Shown piece by piece: positions 19,530 to 28,875 of a stretch of 64,000 nt of DNA. The position numbers were made by a program, and so were the translations under genes. The notes below the pieces were generated by a model. That model was not told where the DNA came from. It saw only the letters and a program-made list of their open reading frames with translations, and searched no databases. The first letter of the stretch is position 1; each line of letters starts with the position of its first letter. This DNA is from Limnochordia bacterium (GTDB taxonomy: Bacteria; Bacillota; Limnochordia; DTU080), in the NCBI GenBank assembly GCA_050951545.1, contig JBMNJG010000006.1:64001-128000 (forward strand), read 5' to 3'.

Positions 19530-22475
19530 TCACTTGCCCCAGATCTGCACGTTGTCAACGTATGCTGGTTCAGTGTTGTTCTCAGCCGAAAACGACTGGT
19601 ATGCGAAAGCGATCGTGTTCAGATCATCATACTCCTGAGAGTAAAACGAAATCGGTGCAGCATTCTGAGGCAACGGTGAGTCATCAAGAAAGACGTTGTA
19701 GTTCTGGGCGGCCACGTCTATGTCGAGCGTGACCTTGTGCCAGTGGCCCGAGGTGTAGGTTCCTCCACCTGCCCAGTTCTGTGCGGGTTTTCCTGTCAAA
19801 GCGTGCACTCCGTCTTTCCAGAACCCCAGGAAGATCGCGCTGTTTGCTGAGCCCGGATGCACGGAAGCAGGAGGACGGCTCGACCCGCCCAAGGTGACTC
19901 GCAGACTACGCCGACCAGATGTAACGAACATGTCAAAGGACACCCTTAACCGTTCCTTTGCTGGTGGAAACACCATCGCTGCGTACGACGTTTCGGTGCT
20001 CGCATCGGCGGTGCGCCCCAGAAAGAGAACCCGCTCGCCACTGGGTGCACCAATCTTGTCGGGAGCTTCTATCACATAGGGTGCGTCCGGCGATCTTTTC
20101 TGCTCGATCAGTAGCCAATCATCCGGGAACTCACCGACGGTCGTCGTTTCAAAATCCGTTTTGAAGACGAGTGGCAAGCCCAGTGCCTCGGGATCTTGAA
20201 GATGAAGCGGCGATACGTCAAGTTCGCCATCTGCACCGTAGATCGAATCAGCACCTTCCTCAAACGGGATCTCGATGACTTCCTCAGTGGCCCCTTCGCG
20301 GATAACCAGCTTCAGTCTGCCGTTTGTCTGTAGGTCTCCATATGATATGACCTGCCCAGGCCGTTTCTGTGCAATGAAGGTAATCGATAAGCCGTCGGCA
20401 GTCTCGAGGACTCCTCCAATTGCGGAACGACCCTCGACATCCACGGGGCGGATGCTGACTTCTTTTTGACCACCGGGCTCGGGAATCAGGAAATAGGCCT
20501 GCCCTGTGCTGCCGGATGTTTTCTGTCTGACAACCGCTGTTGGAAGTGCCTCAAGCCAGCTGTTGGCGGAGTATATCCAGCCCCGCCTGATAGGCTCTGT
20601 CTGGGCGGTGGCTAACTCATACTCAAGCCCGGAACCCACTGGGTAGATGCCGAGCGTGGCGGCAGTCGTGCCAGTCCTTTCACCCACGACGAAGCCATTA
20701 TCCCGTCGGTTGACTGACCATAGGCTCTGAAAAAGCGCTTCATATGTGTGTTCGTCGCGATCGGCAGGAGTCAACCAGTCGAGAATGAGCCACATTCCAC
20801 GTCTGATAAACAAAACGTCCCTTTGATGAGCAACGCGCAGTTTCTGCCCGGTTGCTGTAGAAGGATACCTCATGAAATCAGCATAACCGAAGTCGTAGAC
20901 GCCACTGAAATAGTCGTAGTTGGGCTCGCTAATCCATAGCGCATCGTTTGGCTCCGACGACACCCACTGATCCCTCACGTCCCGCCGGTACTGAGAAAGG
21001 CCGTCCACAACAACGGTGTTGTGCGCCAACGATGACACGAAGTACTTTCTCCACGGGTTCGCTGAGTCATAGATGTACAATCCGGGATCGACGAGGAAAC
21101 GCTCACCGTACCCACACAACTCGAAACTCAGCTTGTCTTCATTCTGGTGAGCGGCTCCGTATGGCCCCGCTTTGATCGCCATATACAGATCGTCTTTCTC
21201 CCACCCGGAACGCATGACATAGTAGCCGCTCCAATCCAAGGCGACTGAGTCGTATGCGGGTCTGCGGCCTTCCTTCCCCGACGTAGCATACCACAGTATC
21301 TCATCCGTATCGCCAGTGAGCTGCGCCACGACTGCCGCATGATTCCGATAGCCTTGACTGCTCGTTCGTTGGCTTGCGTCACCGAATGCGGGAAGCGAGC
21401 CATCAGGACGCGAGATCTTGATAGGGAAGCGCCCCATCGCTGCCAGCCGCTCCAAAAGATCGCCAGAAAGCGGAAGCCCCACCTTGTCGATCAGTTCGGC
21501 ACTCTTGTAAAACGAACTCATGGTCAGGTGGTGGTATCCTGGATCAAGTTCAATTTGTGCCCCATCCGGATAGACCTGCTCGTCCATCTCCTTAACGAGG
21601 CGCTGGATGGCCCAATCCCGCCATTCCTGTGATTTCTTGAACTCGGGGAAGGCCACGGTGGCATCGATCATGGCCCGAATCTCCACGGCCCGCCAGTTCG
21701 GGGTCGCCGCCACGTGGCGCCCCATCCGCAGCATATGTTCGTACAAGCCCTTCAGTACAACCACCAGATCCTCCGACGTGAGGAGGGGAGAATCAACGAG
21801 CGAGAGAATGCCTCTTACCCAGCTCCCTGCCCTCGACGCTGTAGACAGCTCGTTGTATATCAGGTACATGTCGTGCGCTATCTCGCCCGTCTCGCCCTTG
21901 TTGGCAGGTACCGGAAGTGTCGAGAGAAAGTGCTTCATCAGATGGATGGCTTCAAGCGCATACCCTTCGTATGCCGTGAGTCTGTAGGCATCTGTAAGCG
22001 TGGCAAGCTGGTTGAACCTCGTGAGCCACGCTGTCCATTCCTTATCGTAGTCACCTTTGTAGCCAGGAGCCCGAGTAGGGTTGTAGACCCAGTCGATCTC
22101 ACCATCAAACCAGTAAGTCACATTTCCCCTGCTATACTGCCTTCTCAGTACGAGATCAGGATCTGGTAGCCTGATCGAAAAGGCGGGTGTGCGCAGTGGG
22201 CCTATCCCGAAGGCCTGTTGTGCATCGCCCTTGTTTGCAGCCAGGTACTCCCTCAACTCCTTGGCAGCGGTGTCAAAATCGCCATCCTTCACCGCCGCCT
22301 CGACTTTCGCCAGCGCCGGAATGTCGTAATCGAACGCCGCGAAGAACTCCTCCATGCTCAGTTCAATGGTGGGATACGTGTAGTAAGGCGAATGGGCACC
22401 TGCTAGGACGCCTGTGGAAAAGACAAGCATGCACATTAGCAGGGCCAGCATCCAAACGAACATAGCGCTCCTCAT
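19530..22475 (-). CDS. secreted heparinase II/III (PL12-like) lyase with C-terminal lectin-like extension
   Basis: Signal peptide, NW...E, VYPDGAQIELDPGYH, PAFGD, SGYYVMRSGW, AHQNEDKLSF, VDPGLYIY, AHNTVVVDG. Confidence 0.88.
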   Translation of the reverse strand: MRSAMFVWMLALLMCMLVFSTGVLAGAHSPYYTYPTIELSMEEFFAAFDYDIPALAKVEAAVKDGDFDTAAKELREYLAANKGDAQQAFGIGPLRTPAFSIRLPDPDLVLRRQYSRGNVTYWFDGEIDWVYNPTRAPGYKGDYDKEWTAWLTRFNQLATLTDAYRLTAYEGYALEAIHLMKHFLSTLPVPANKGETGEIAHDMYLIYNELSTASRAGSWVRGILSLVDSPLLTSEDLVVVLKGLYEHMLRMGRHVAATPNWRAVEIRAMIDATVAFPEFKKSQEWRDWAIQRLVKEMDEQVYPDGAQIELDPGYHHLTMSSFYKSAELIDKVGLPLSGDLLERLAAMGRFPIKISRPDGSLPAFGDASQRTSSQGYRNHAAVVAQLTGDTDEILWYATSGKEGRRPAYDSVALDWSGYYVMRSGWEKDDLYMAIKAGPYGAAHQNEDKLSFELCGYGERFLVDPGLYIYDSANPWRKYFVSSLAHNTVVVDGLSQYRRDVRDQWVSSEPNDALWISEPNYDYFSGVYDFGYADFMRYPSTATGQKLRVAHQRDVLFIRRGMWLILDWLTPADRDEHTYEALFQSLWSVNRRDNGFVVGERTGTTAATLGIYPVGSGLEYELATAQTEPIRRGWIYSANSWLEALPTAVVRQKTSGSTGQAYFLIPEPGGQKEVSIRPVDVEGRSAIGGVLETADGLSITFIAQKRPGQVISYGDLQTNGRLKLVIREGATEEVIEIPFEEGADSIYGADGELDVSPLHLQDPEALGLPLVFKTDFETTTVGEFPDDWLLIEQKRSPDAPYVIEAPDKIGAPSGERVLFLGRTADASTETSYAAMVFPPAKERLRVSFDMFVTSGRRSLRVTLGGSSRPPASVHPGSANSAIFLGFWKDGVHALTGKPAQNWAGGGTYTSGHWHKVTLDIDVAAQNYNVFLDDSPLPQNAAPISFYSQEYDDLNTIAFAYQSFSAENNTEPAYVDNVQIWGK

Positions 22476-22820
22476 AGTAGACAGCTCCTTCTACAGTGAT
22501 CATCCTCGAACAAACGCCTGCACAGCATGAAAAGACCCTCGTGCGCATGTTCGACGCGCTCGGTTGTCATCCTTCCCCGAAAGAGTGTTGCCCTAAGTGG
22601 ATGGGCAACTCTACTGCTCATCGGGCTCATTAGGTCGGCCCGAGGTCGCTGACCCGGTTGCTGCCCCGTCATGATCTCACGATGGTGGTAAGATGCCGAA
22701 GCGACAATGAGCGGCCGACTCCATGTCTAGTGACCACCGCTCATCCGGGCGGGAATGCCGTCACAAAGTTCGGCCTAGCTCCAGGCCCCGGGCCATCCAG
22801 GCGTAACGTTCAAGCTGGTC

Positions 22821-24095
22821 CTAGCTGTTTCCCCTCAACCCCTCCAGCCAACCAGCCCTGCGGGTCCGCAAGATGCTGTACTGATATATCCTGGCGCCGA
22901 GCAGAAGCATCAGCCAGACGAAAACGATGGAGAAAAGCACAGATAGGGCGATCTCCACGGCGGGCACACTGCTCATAACAATGCGAGTGAACATCACTGT
23001 CGGAGCGAGAAAAGGAACGAGCGAGGCCAGGCGTACGACGAACCCGCCAGGGTTATCTAAGGCGACAATGGCCAGAATGTAGGCCACCACCACGAGTAGC
23101 GTCACTGGCAGAACCGTCTGACTGGCCTCCTCGGGACGACTCACCAGACACCCAGCCGCCGCAAACAACGACGAATAGACGAGGTAGCCCAGCACGTAAT
23201 AGAGCAGAAAGAAGAGCACTGTGGATGCACTCACGGCAGACAACTGCAATGGCACCCCACCGACGCTGAGGTTGCTCAAGGCTCCCCGAGCCCAAGATAT
23301 GCCCAGGCCCACAGCAACCCAAAGCGCATACTGCACCAACGAAGCGGAGCCCAAGCCCAGGATCTTCCCTAACAGGAGATCCCTGGGACGAACCGACACT
23401 AGCATCATCTCCATCACCCGCGAACCCTTTTCGGCCGCCACACCGTTGGTCAGCACGCTTCCGTAGCCAATCAAGGTGAAGTACAGCAGAAAAAGCAGCA
23501 AGTAGGCCAGGGTCTGCGAAGCGAAACGTTGGCTGCTACTGTCAAAGCGATCGTCGTGGCTTACCACCTGTGTGAGAAAAGGCCTTTGCAGTGCGGCACC
23601 TTGCTGCATCGATAGCCCGAGATCAGCCAGGCGTAACGGCAACACCACCGGACGCAGAATCTGCTCCAAAGAGTTGATCTGCCTTGCAGATATCTCGCGT
23701 CCTCCAAAGCGGATCACAGGCTCCCGGCGCCGGCTCTCGGGCGGGGTGATCAACAGGTAGGCCGACAACTCCCCTGTCTTGACTTGCTCATCAAGCGCTT
23801 CGTAGTCCAGGGCTGCATCGTCGGGTTGGGGGACACTGAACGCCACCTGCGGCCGACCCTGTTCAGAGATCTCTTCTAAAGACTGAACCATGGCGGGGTA
23901 GATGCCCCCCACCTGATCGAAGACGATGACCTCAGTCACTCTGCTCCCGCTCCTGTTTTCCAGCCAGTTCAATAGTGTGGGAAGGAACGAGAGCACCACC
24001 AGCCCGAGCAACCCTAATACAGTGGTGAGCAAAAAAGTGCGAGTGCGCACAGTCTGTGTGAACTCTCTCGCGGCAACGATGCGTACGGCTCTCAT
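22821..24095 (-). CDS. ABC-2 type exporter permease (NatB/YhaP-like)
   Basis: Starts MRAVRIVAAREF with ATGA overlap to the ATPase; EKGSRVMEMML, LLLGKILG, multiple TM segments. Confidence 0.92.
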   Translation of the reverse strand: MRAVRIVAAREFTQTVRTRTFLLTTVLGLLGLVVLSFLPTLLNWLENRSGSRVTEVIVFDQVGGIYPAMVQSLEEISEQGRPQVAFSVPQPDDAALDYEALDEQVKTGELSAYLLITPPESRRREPVIRFGGREISARQINSLEQILRPVVLPLRLADLGLSMQQGAALQRPFLTQVVSHDDRFDSSSQRFASQTLAYLLLFLLYFTLIGYGSVLTNGVAAEKGSRVMEMMLVSVRPRDLLLGKILGLGSASLVQYALWVAVGLGISWARGALSNLSVGGVPLQLSAVSASTVLFFLLYYVLGYLVYSSLFAAAGCLVSRPEEASQTVLPVTLLVVVAYILAIVALDNPGGFVVRLASLVPFLAPTVMFTRIVMSSVPAVEIALSVLFSIVFVWLMLLLGARIYQYSILRTRRAGWLEGLRGNS

Positions 24096-25057
24096 AGTGT
24101 GACCTCCTCGATGATGGCGTCGTTGCCCTCGGTGTACTGGGAAACCTCGGCAATGTACACGTCCTCCAAGGAAGGGTAATCCACCGAGAAATGCCGCAGC
24201 CGCTCCCGTTCGGCGAGAAGATGCAAAATGGCATCGACATCCGCACCGGGGCCCAGGGAATAGCGCCATTGGCCTGCTTCATGCTCCAGCAGATCAAGGC
24301 CAGGTATGCCCTCGAGAGGTGCCACAGGGTTCATAGCCCGCTCAGATGCCGCCTCATCGTCCACCTCCAACCGCAACGTGAGTACACGATTGCCTGATCG
24401 TCGCCGCACCTCGTCGAGGGGTCCGTGTACGAGGGTCCTCCCCTCGGCGATCAGGCAGACGCGATCGCAGAGTTCCTCGACAGAATCCATTTGGTGGCTG
24501 GAGAATAGGACTGTCGAACCAACCTCATTGAGATGCTTGACGGCTTGTTTGAACAGCCGGGCATTCACGGGGTCAAGGCCGCTGAAGGGCTCGTCCAAGA
24601 TCACGAGAGCTGGTCGATGAATGACAGCGGCAAGAAACTGCATCTTCTGCGCGTTGCCCTTGGACAGATCATCCGTTTTTCTTCCCAGGACTTCATCAAG
24701 TCCCAGGCGGTCTGTCCAATAGGCGATCTGCTCATCTGCTTGGGCACGCGTGAGTCCGTGCAACCGGGCAAAGAAACGCAACTGGTCTCGACCCCGCATA
24801 TGTGGATAGAGCCCGCGCTCCTCAGGCAGATAGCCAAAGGTCCCCAGCGGCCATTGATCCACACCCTTACCAGCCCAGGTAATTCGGCCAGAGTCGGGCC
24901 GGAGAATGCGCAGTATCATACGCATGGTGGTCGTCTTACCTGCACCATTGGGGCCGATCAGGCCCATGATACTGCCCTTAGGTGCTTCGAGCCATACATC
25001 CCGGACAGCCTTGACTGGTCCGAACGAGCAGCTGACATGGTCAATCATGATACTCAT
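24092..25057 (-). CDS. ABC-2 type exporter ATP-binding protein (NatA/YhaQ-like)
   Basis: Walker A GPNGAGKTT, GYLPEERGLY, LSKGN, ILDEPFSGLD, SSH; PSLEDVY C-terminus; start could be 25069. Confidence 0.95.
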   Translation of the reverse strand: MSIMIDHVSCSFGPVKAVRDVWLEAPKGSIMGLIGPNGAGKTTTMRMILRILRPDSGRITWAGKGVDQWPLGTFGYLPEERGLYPHMRGRDQLRFFARLHGLTRAQADEQIAYWTDRLGLDEVLGRKTDDLSKGNAQKMQFLAAVIHRPALVILDEPFSGLDPVNARLFKQAVKHLNEVGSTVLFSSHQMDSVEELCDRVCLIAEGRTLVHGPLDEVRRRSGNRVLTLRLEVDDEAASERAMNPVAPLEGIPGLDLLEHEAGQWRYSLGPGADVDAILHLLAERERLRHFSVDYPSLEDVYIAEVSQYTEGNDAIIEEVTL

Positions 25058-25296
25058 AGCGGGCATCACATCCTTCGTCTGAGCTGGAAAAACGAAGAAA
25101 CACTCACCCCCGTTCGCGTGGCGGTAGCAGTGATCGGAGCCGTCTGCCTACCTGGTGTCTGCTTCCCCGTCAGTTTTTCTCCCACGCAACACAAGTCGAA
25201 TCCCCGCTGCAGCACTAGCCATAGCGTTGTGCGGGGGAACTGCACCGGAGAAGACTGTGGCGAAGTGACGGTTCATAATCGCGTCTAGTCGCTCCG

Positions 25297-26061
25297 TTAG
25301 ATCGTTTCGCCCAAACCCAGCATACTGGCGGCGTTGCGCCAGAGGATATCCTGCTTTTGCTCCTCGGTGATCTCTGCGTCTAGTACTCGTCCCACCTGCA
25401 TCTCGTAGCAGCGACCGGGGTAGTCAGATCCGAACAGCATGCGCTCCGAACCCATATAACGCACGGCGTATTCAACCAAGTCGTTCTCAGGCAAGCAGCC
25501 AGAGGTATCGATATAGGCGTTAGGAATATCCGCTAGATCAAGCACTCCTCGTCGCTGCAATCCGGTGAGATGGGCGGCCACGATCTTGGTCTGAGGGTTC
25601 CTACGGGCCATATACGCGAGGTCAGAGCCATCAGACTCATTGGGGTACTTGTTGGCCATCTTGTACCAGGAATGCATGATAATCGGGATGCCATGCTCAG
25701 CCGCAAGTTGGCAGATGAGGTCATGTCGGTGATCTCGGGCGTTGAGCGACATGTGAAGCTTAATCGCTCTGGCGCCCTCTTGGACACAGCGCTTAGTCTC
25801 ACTCCGGATGAAATCCTCGTCGTGAAGGGGATTGAGCCCAAGGGCAGCAACGAAGAAGTGCGGATCGGCGTGCTGGAGCTGTAGAGTAGCGCTGTTGCGC
25901 TCCCGTGTCTGGGCAGGAGGGCAGTCGTACGCCAACGTCAGTAGCACGATTTTCCGAATGTCGTTTCTCAGGGCATGCTCCTGATATCGACCCACAGTCG
26001 CATTGGGCCGTTGTCGAGCAGGGCTGTGCCACGAATGATGCACGTGAATGTCGATAATCAT
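25297..26061 (-). CDS. amidohydrolase family protein (Amidohydro_2)
   Basis: IIDIHVH, AIKLH, IMH, AAH, YIDTSG, LFGSDYP; RBS gggagg. Confidence 0.92.
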   Translation of the reverse strand: MIIDIHVHHSWHSPARQRPNATVGRYQEHALRNDIRKIVLLTLAYDCPPAQTRERNSATLQLQHADPHFFVAALGLNPLHDEDFIRSETKRCVQEGARAIKLHMSLNARDHRHDLICQLAAEHGIPIIMHSWYKMANKYPNESDGSDLAYMARRNPQTKIVAAHLTGLQRRGVLDLADIPNAYIDTSGCLPENDLVEYAVRYMGSERMLFGSDYPGRCYEMQVGRVLDAEITEEQKQDILWRNAASMLGLGETI

Positions 26062-26090
26062 GTAGCTGCCTCCCTGTGTAATACTCTCAA

Positions 26091-26846
26091 TCATGGGGCA
26101 GTCCTCAGGAGCCGCTGCGCGTTACGAGTGAGTACGGCCTCGCGGGCGGCCGCGGGTGCACTGGAGCGCTGGATCTTCAGGATATTAGGCAGAGGATAGA
26201 ACATCGGAGCATGAGACCCGAAGACAACTCGCTCGGCGGAGAAAACCCGTAGAGCGATCTCCAATGGATCGTCGCCATCACAATGACTTGTCTCTAGGTA
26301 CAGGTTGGGCAGCACTACGCCTTTCTGCCCTACTGCAGTGACACCCATACTGATCACCTGCAGTTCTGGAAAGCGTTCGGCCACACGAACTACCGCCGAC
26401 AGTGAGATATCCACAGGCTCGATGAGCATGGGGTTGCGCTGACGCTTGTCTTCTACCCGACAGTAGATGGCCATGGCCACACCGTCAGCCGCCAACTGCT
26501 CCGCCAAAGCCAGGAAGTCCGGATTATCGAAATCATAGACGTGGTAGAACGGAAACAGCCGGATGAGAGGCACCCCCCACTCACCGCGACAGATCCTGTA
26601 GTTTTCCATGTAGTTGGCAAGCGTAGGGTTGATCACTGCTGAAGGTATGAAAAACGATGACGCCGATAGGCTGGGTAGCCGTAGCTCATTCGCCTCCTGC
26701 GGATCGGGCCAGAAAATGGCCTCCAGTGGGTAGGCGCAAGCCTTGGTGATGCCCTTACTCGAAAGCCACTCCTCAAGCTTGGCTGCGTCGTTGTACTTCG
26801 TCGGCCGAAAAGGCCAATTGCCACAACCGACGTTGACATCTATCAC
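26091..26846 (-). CDS. amidohydrolase-fold protein with degenerate metal site
   Basis: IDVN...G.WPFR, INP, IRLFP.YH, NLYLETS, VFGSHAP; HxH and catalytic Asp are missing. Confidence 0.8.
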   Translation of the reverse strand: MIDVNVGCGNWPFRPTKYNDAAKLEEWLSSKGITKACAYPLEAIFWPDPQEANELRLPSLSASSFFIPSAVINPTLANYMENYRICRGEWGVPLIRLFPFYHVYDFDNPDFLALAEQLAADGVAMAIYCRVEDKRQRNPMLIEPVDISLSAVVRVAERFPELQVISMGVTAVGQKGVVLPNLYLETSHCDGDDPLEIALRVFSAERVVFGSHAPMFYPLPNILKIQRSSAPAAAREAVLTRNAQRLLRTAP

Positions 26847-27216
26847 TGCTATTCACTCCCTCTGAACTATCAATCCACCAGACGCTCCGCCCACACAGCC
26901 CCTATCTACCGAACACGTGCTGAGCACCTTGCTAATCCCCTCGGCCGCGCAAAACGCCTTCAGCCGCAGAGCGTTGCCGACGAAACACAGGTTCAATGCC
27001 TGCCCGCTTAGCGTTCTGCCAACCGCATTCTGACTTCCCCCTGCTTTTTGAATTACCTGCGGCATCAAGTGCTTATTGGGTCTTTGCCGCGGCGAGGCTC
27101 ATCTACCGCCCATGCACACAGAACGCGTGAGAAGGAGTGCGCACTCAGACAGGGAATGTCTCGCTACCGAGGACCCCTCGCAACCGTGCAGACAGAAGGA
27201 ATGGAGGCCTCCTGCT

Positions 27217-28404
27217 ATGACGCGTCTTCCCTTGCTCGCAGATGAGTACACCCTGATGTACTGTTCGCCCGATCCGGCAACCATTTACGCCTACACGCCG
27301 GGTATTCTGCGCCTTCCGACTAGTCGTCTGATTGGCACTATGGACCAAGGCGGACCAGGAGTCATACACCTTCCGGGTCCGAAAGCGACTCGGGGCGAAG
27401 GGCGCCACTGCTGGCAAGGCAAGGTCTTCACCTCTGATGACGGCGGTCAGACGTGGACACATCGCCTGGACTTCCCGTTCTTCCACGCACGCCCTTTCCA
27501 GGCAGGAAAAGCCTGTTACGTCTTGGGGCATGCGGGAGACCTGATGATCATCCGTTCTGATGATGATGGCGAAAACTGGAGCGCGCCTGTCGCCTTTACA
27601 CAGGGGCAGTGGTGGCACCAGTCTGCCTGCAGCGTCGTCTACGCCAACAACCGTGTCTATCTCGTGATGGAGCGTCTCGTAGGCCCTCCGAACCGGACGA
27701 AGACCGCCACCTTGGCCCCTGTCGTGATGTCGGCACCCGTCACCACCGATCTCACCGATCGCTCCAACTGGACCTTTTCCGAGGAAAGAACCTACATTGA
27801 TCTGGCGGCAGACGCAGGTCTTTTGGGCGTACCCTTTGTGCCTGGCCGCGGCATGGGCCCGGGCTGGCTGGAGGGCAACATGGTGCAGTTTGTCGATCCG
27901 ACCCATCCTTGGTACGATCCCGCTGGCCGCACGTTCTACATCTGGATGCGAGCCGCAAACGCCCCGCCGAATATGGCCTGTGTGGCCAAGGCAAGCGAAC
28001 AACCAAACGGCACCATTTCGATCGGTCTGCCAACGGCTCCCACGGGGAAGCCTGTAGCCTACCTGCCATGCCCTGGCGGACACCTCAAGTTCTTCATTCA
28101 GTATGATGAGCCAAGCCAGCTCTTCTGGCTCATCGCCAGTCACGCTGCCGATTCCCTCACCGGGCCAAGAGAAAGGCATCGGCTGGCACTGCATTTCTCG
28201 AAAAACTGCATTGATTGGCAGATGGCGGGTCTGGTGACCGCCGGAGGCACTCCCGGCCAGGCCCGAAACTACGCTTCCCTGGCGATTGATGGGGACGATC
28301 TCTTGGTGCTCAGCCGCTCCGGCACCCCAGCGGCTAGATCCGCTCACGATGGCGATGTCATCACCTTGCACCGAGTGCACCGTTTTCGCGACCTGGTGTA
28401 TTAG
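27217..28404 (+). CDS. BNR/Asp-box beta-propeller, sialidase-like protein
   Basis: Asp boxes SDDGGQTW and SDDDGENW, FSKNCIDW; RBS ggagg; no signal peptide. Confidence 0.8.
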   Translation: MTRLPLLADEYTLMYCSPDPATIYAYTPGILRLPTSRLIGTMDQGGPGVIHLPGPKATRGEGRHCWQGKVFTSDDGGQTWTHRLDFPFFHARPFQAGKACYVLGHAGDLMIIRSDDDGENWSAPVAFTQGQWWHQSACSVVYANNRVYLVMERLVGPPNRTKTATLAPVVMSAPVTTDLTDRSNWTFSEERTYIDLAADAGLLGVPFVPGRGMGPGWLEGNMVQFVDPTHPWYDPAGRTFYIWMRAANAPPNMACVAKASEQPNGTISIGLPTAPTGKPVAYLPCPGGHLKFFIQYDEPSQLFWLIASHAADSLTGPRERHRLALHFSKNCIDWQMAGLVTAGGTPGQARNYASLAIDGDDLLVLSRSGTPAARSAHDGDVITLHRVHRFRDLVY

Positions 28405-28424
28405 GCATCCGATCAGCGTAAGTC

Positions 28425-28772
28425 GGTGCTGCTGGTGACAAACACCAGGTCGCCTGGCCACACCTCCTGCGGCTGCACCCAGCTTCACCTTGTACACAAA
28501 AAGCATGTGGGCTGTTGTACGGCCTTCAGCGACCATCCAGTGCACCACTGGATGCCAGGTACCGATTGGTTGCAGGCCCAGATGGCTAACCCGGAGCAGT
28601 CAGAGCCAGAAGGCGTCTGCCCGCCCCACACATAACGGGTTCCCAGCGTCGTAAGGGCTGCCCGTAGAGCCGTTTCTGCCTCTTCCCGCGTGACCATGGG
28701 CGGCATTTGCACAGCAGCGCCACTTGCAGTCATCATCCATTCGCACACGACGATCTGTATCAGCCAGCGCAT
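28425..28772 (-). pseudogene. decayed, 3'-truncated paralogue of the NlpC/P60 gene at 43736..44278
   Basis: QMPPMVT, GTRYVWGGQTPSGSDCSGLAIWA, then frameshifts; nucleotide similarity to ~43930-44298; ends before the catalytic His. Confidence 0.9.
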
Positions 28773-28875
28773 ACCCGTTGCTCCTGAGATCAGCGTACAG
28801 GGAGGAAGAAGCTCCTCTGTAGAGTATACTTCCGTACGACTGACAGTTCACAACGTTACCAAAAGAGGTGTACTC

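Noticed and set aside
22821-25057. Cognate transporter for the orphan SBPs
   Set aside because: It is an ABC-2 exporter type (NatAB-like), not a CUT1 importer with EAA-loop permeases
27145-28548. 467-aa minus-strand ORF
   Set aside because: Antisense shadow of the sialidase-like gene fused to a frame of the NlpC/P60 remnant; no protein-like motifs
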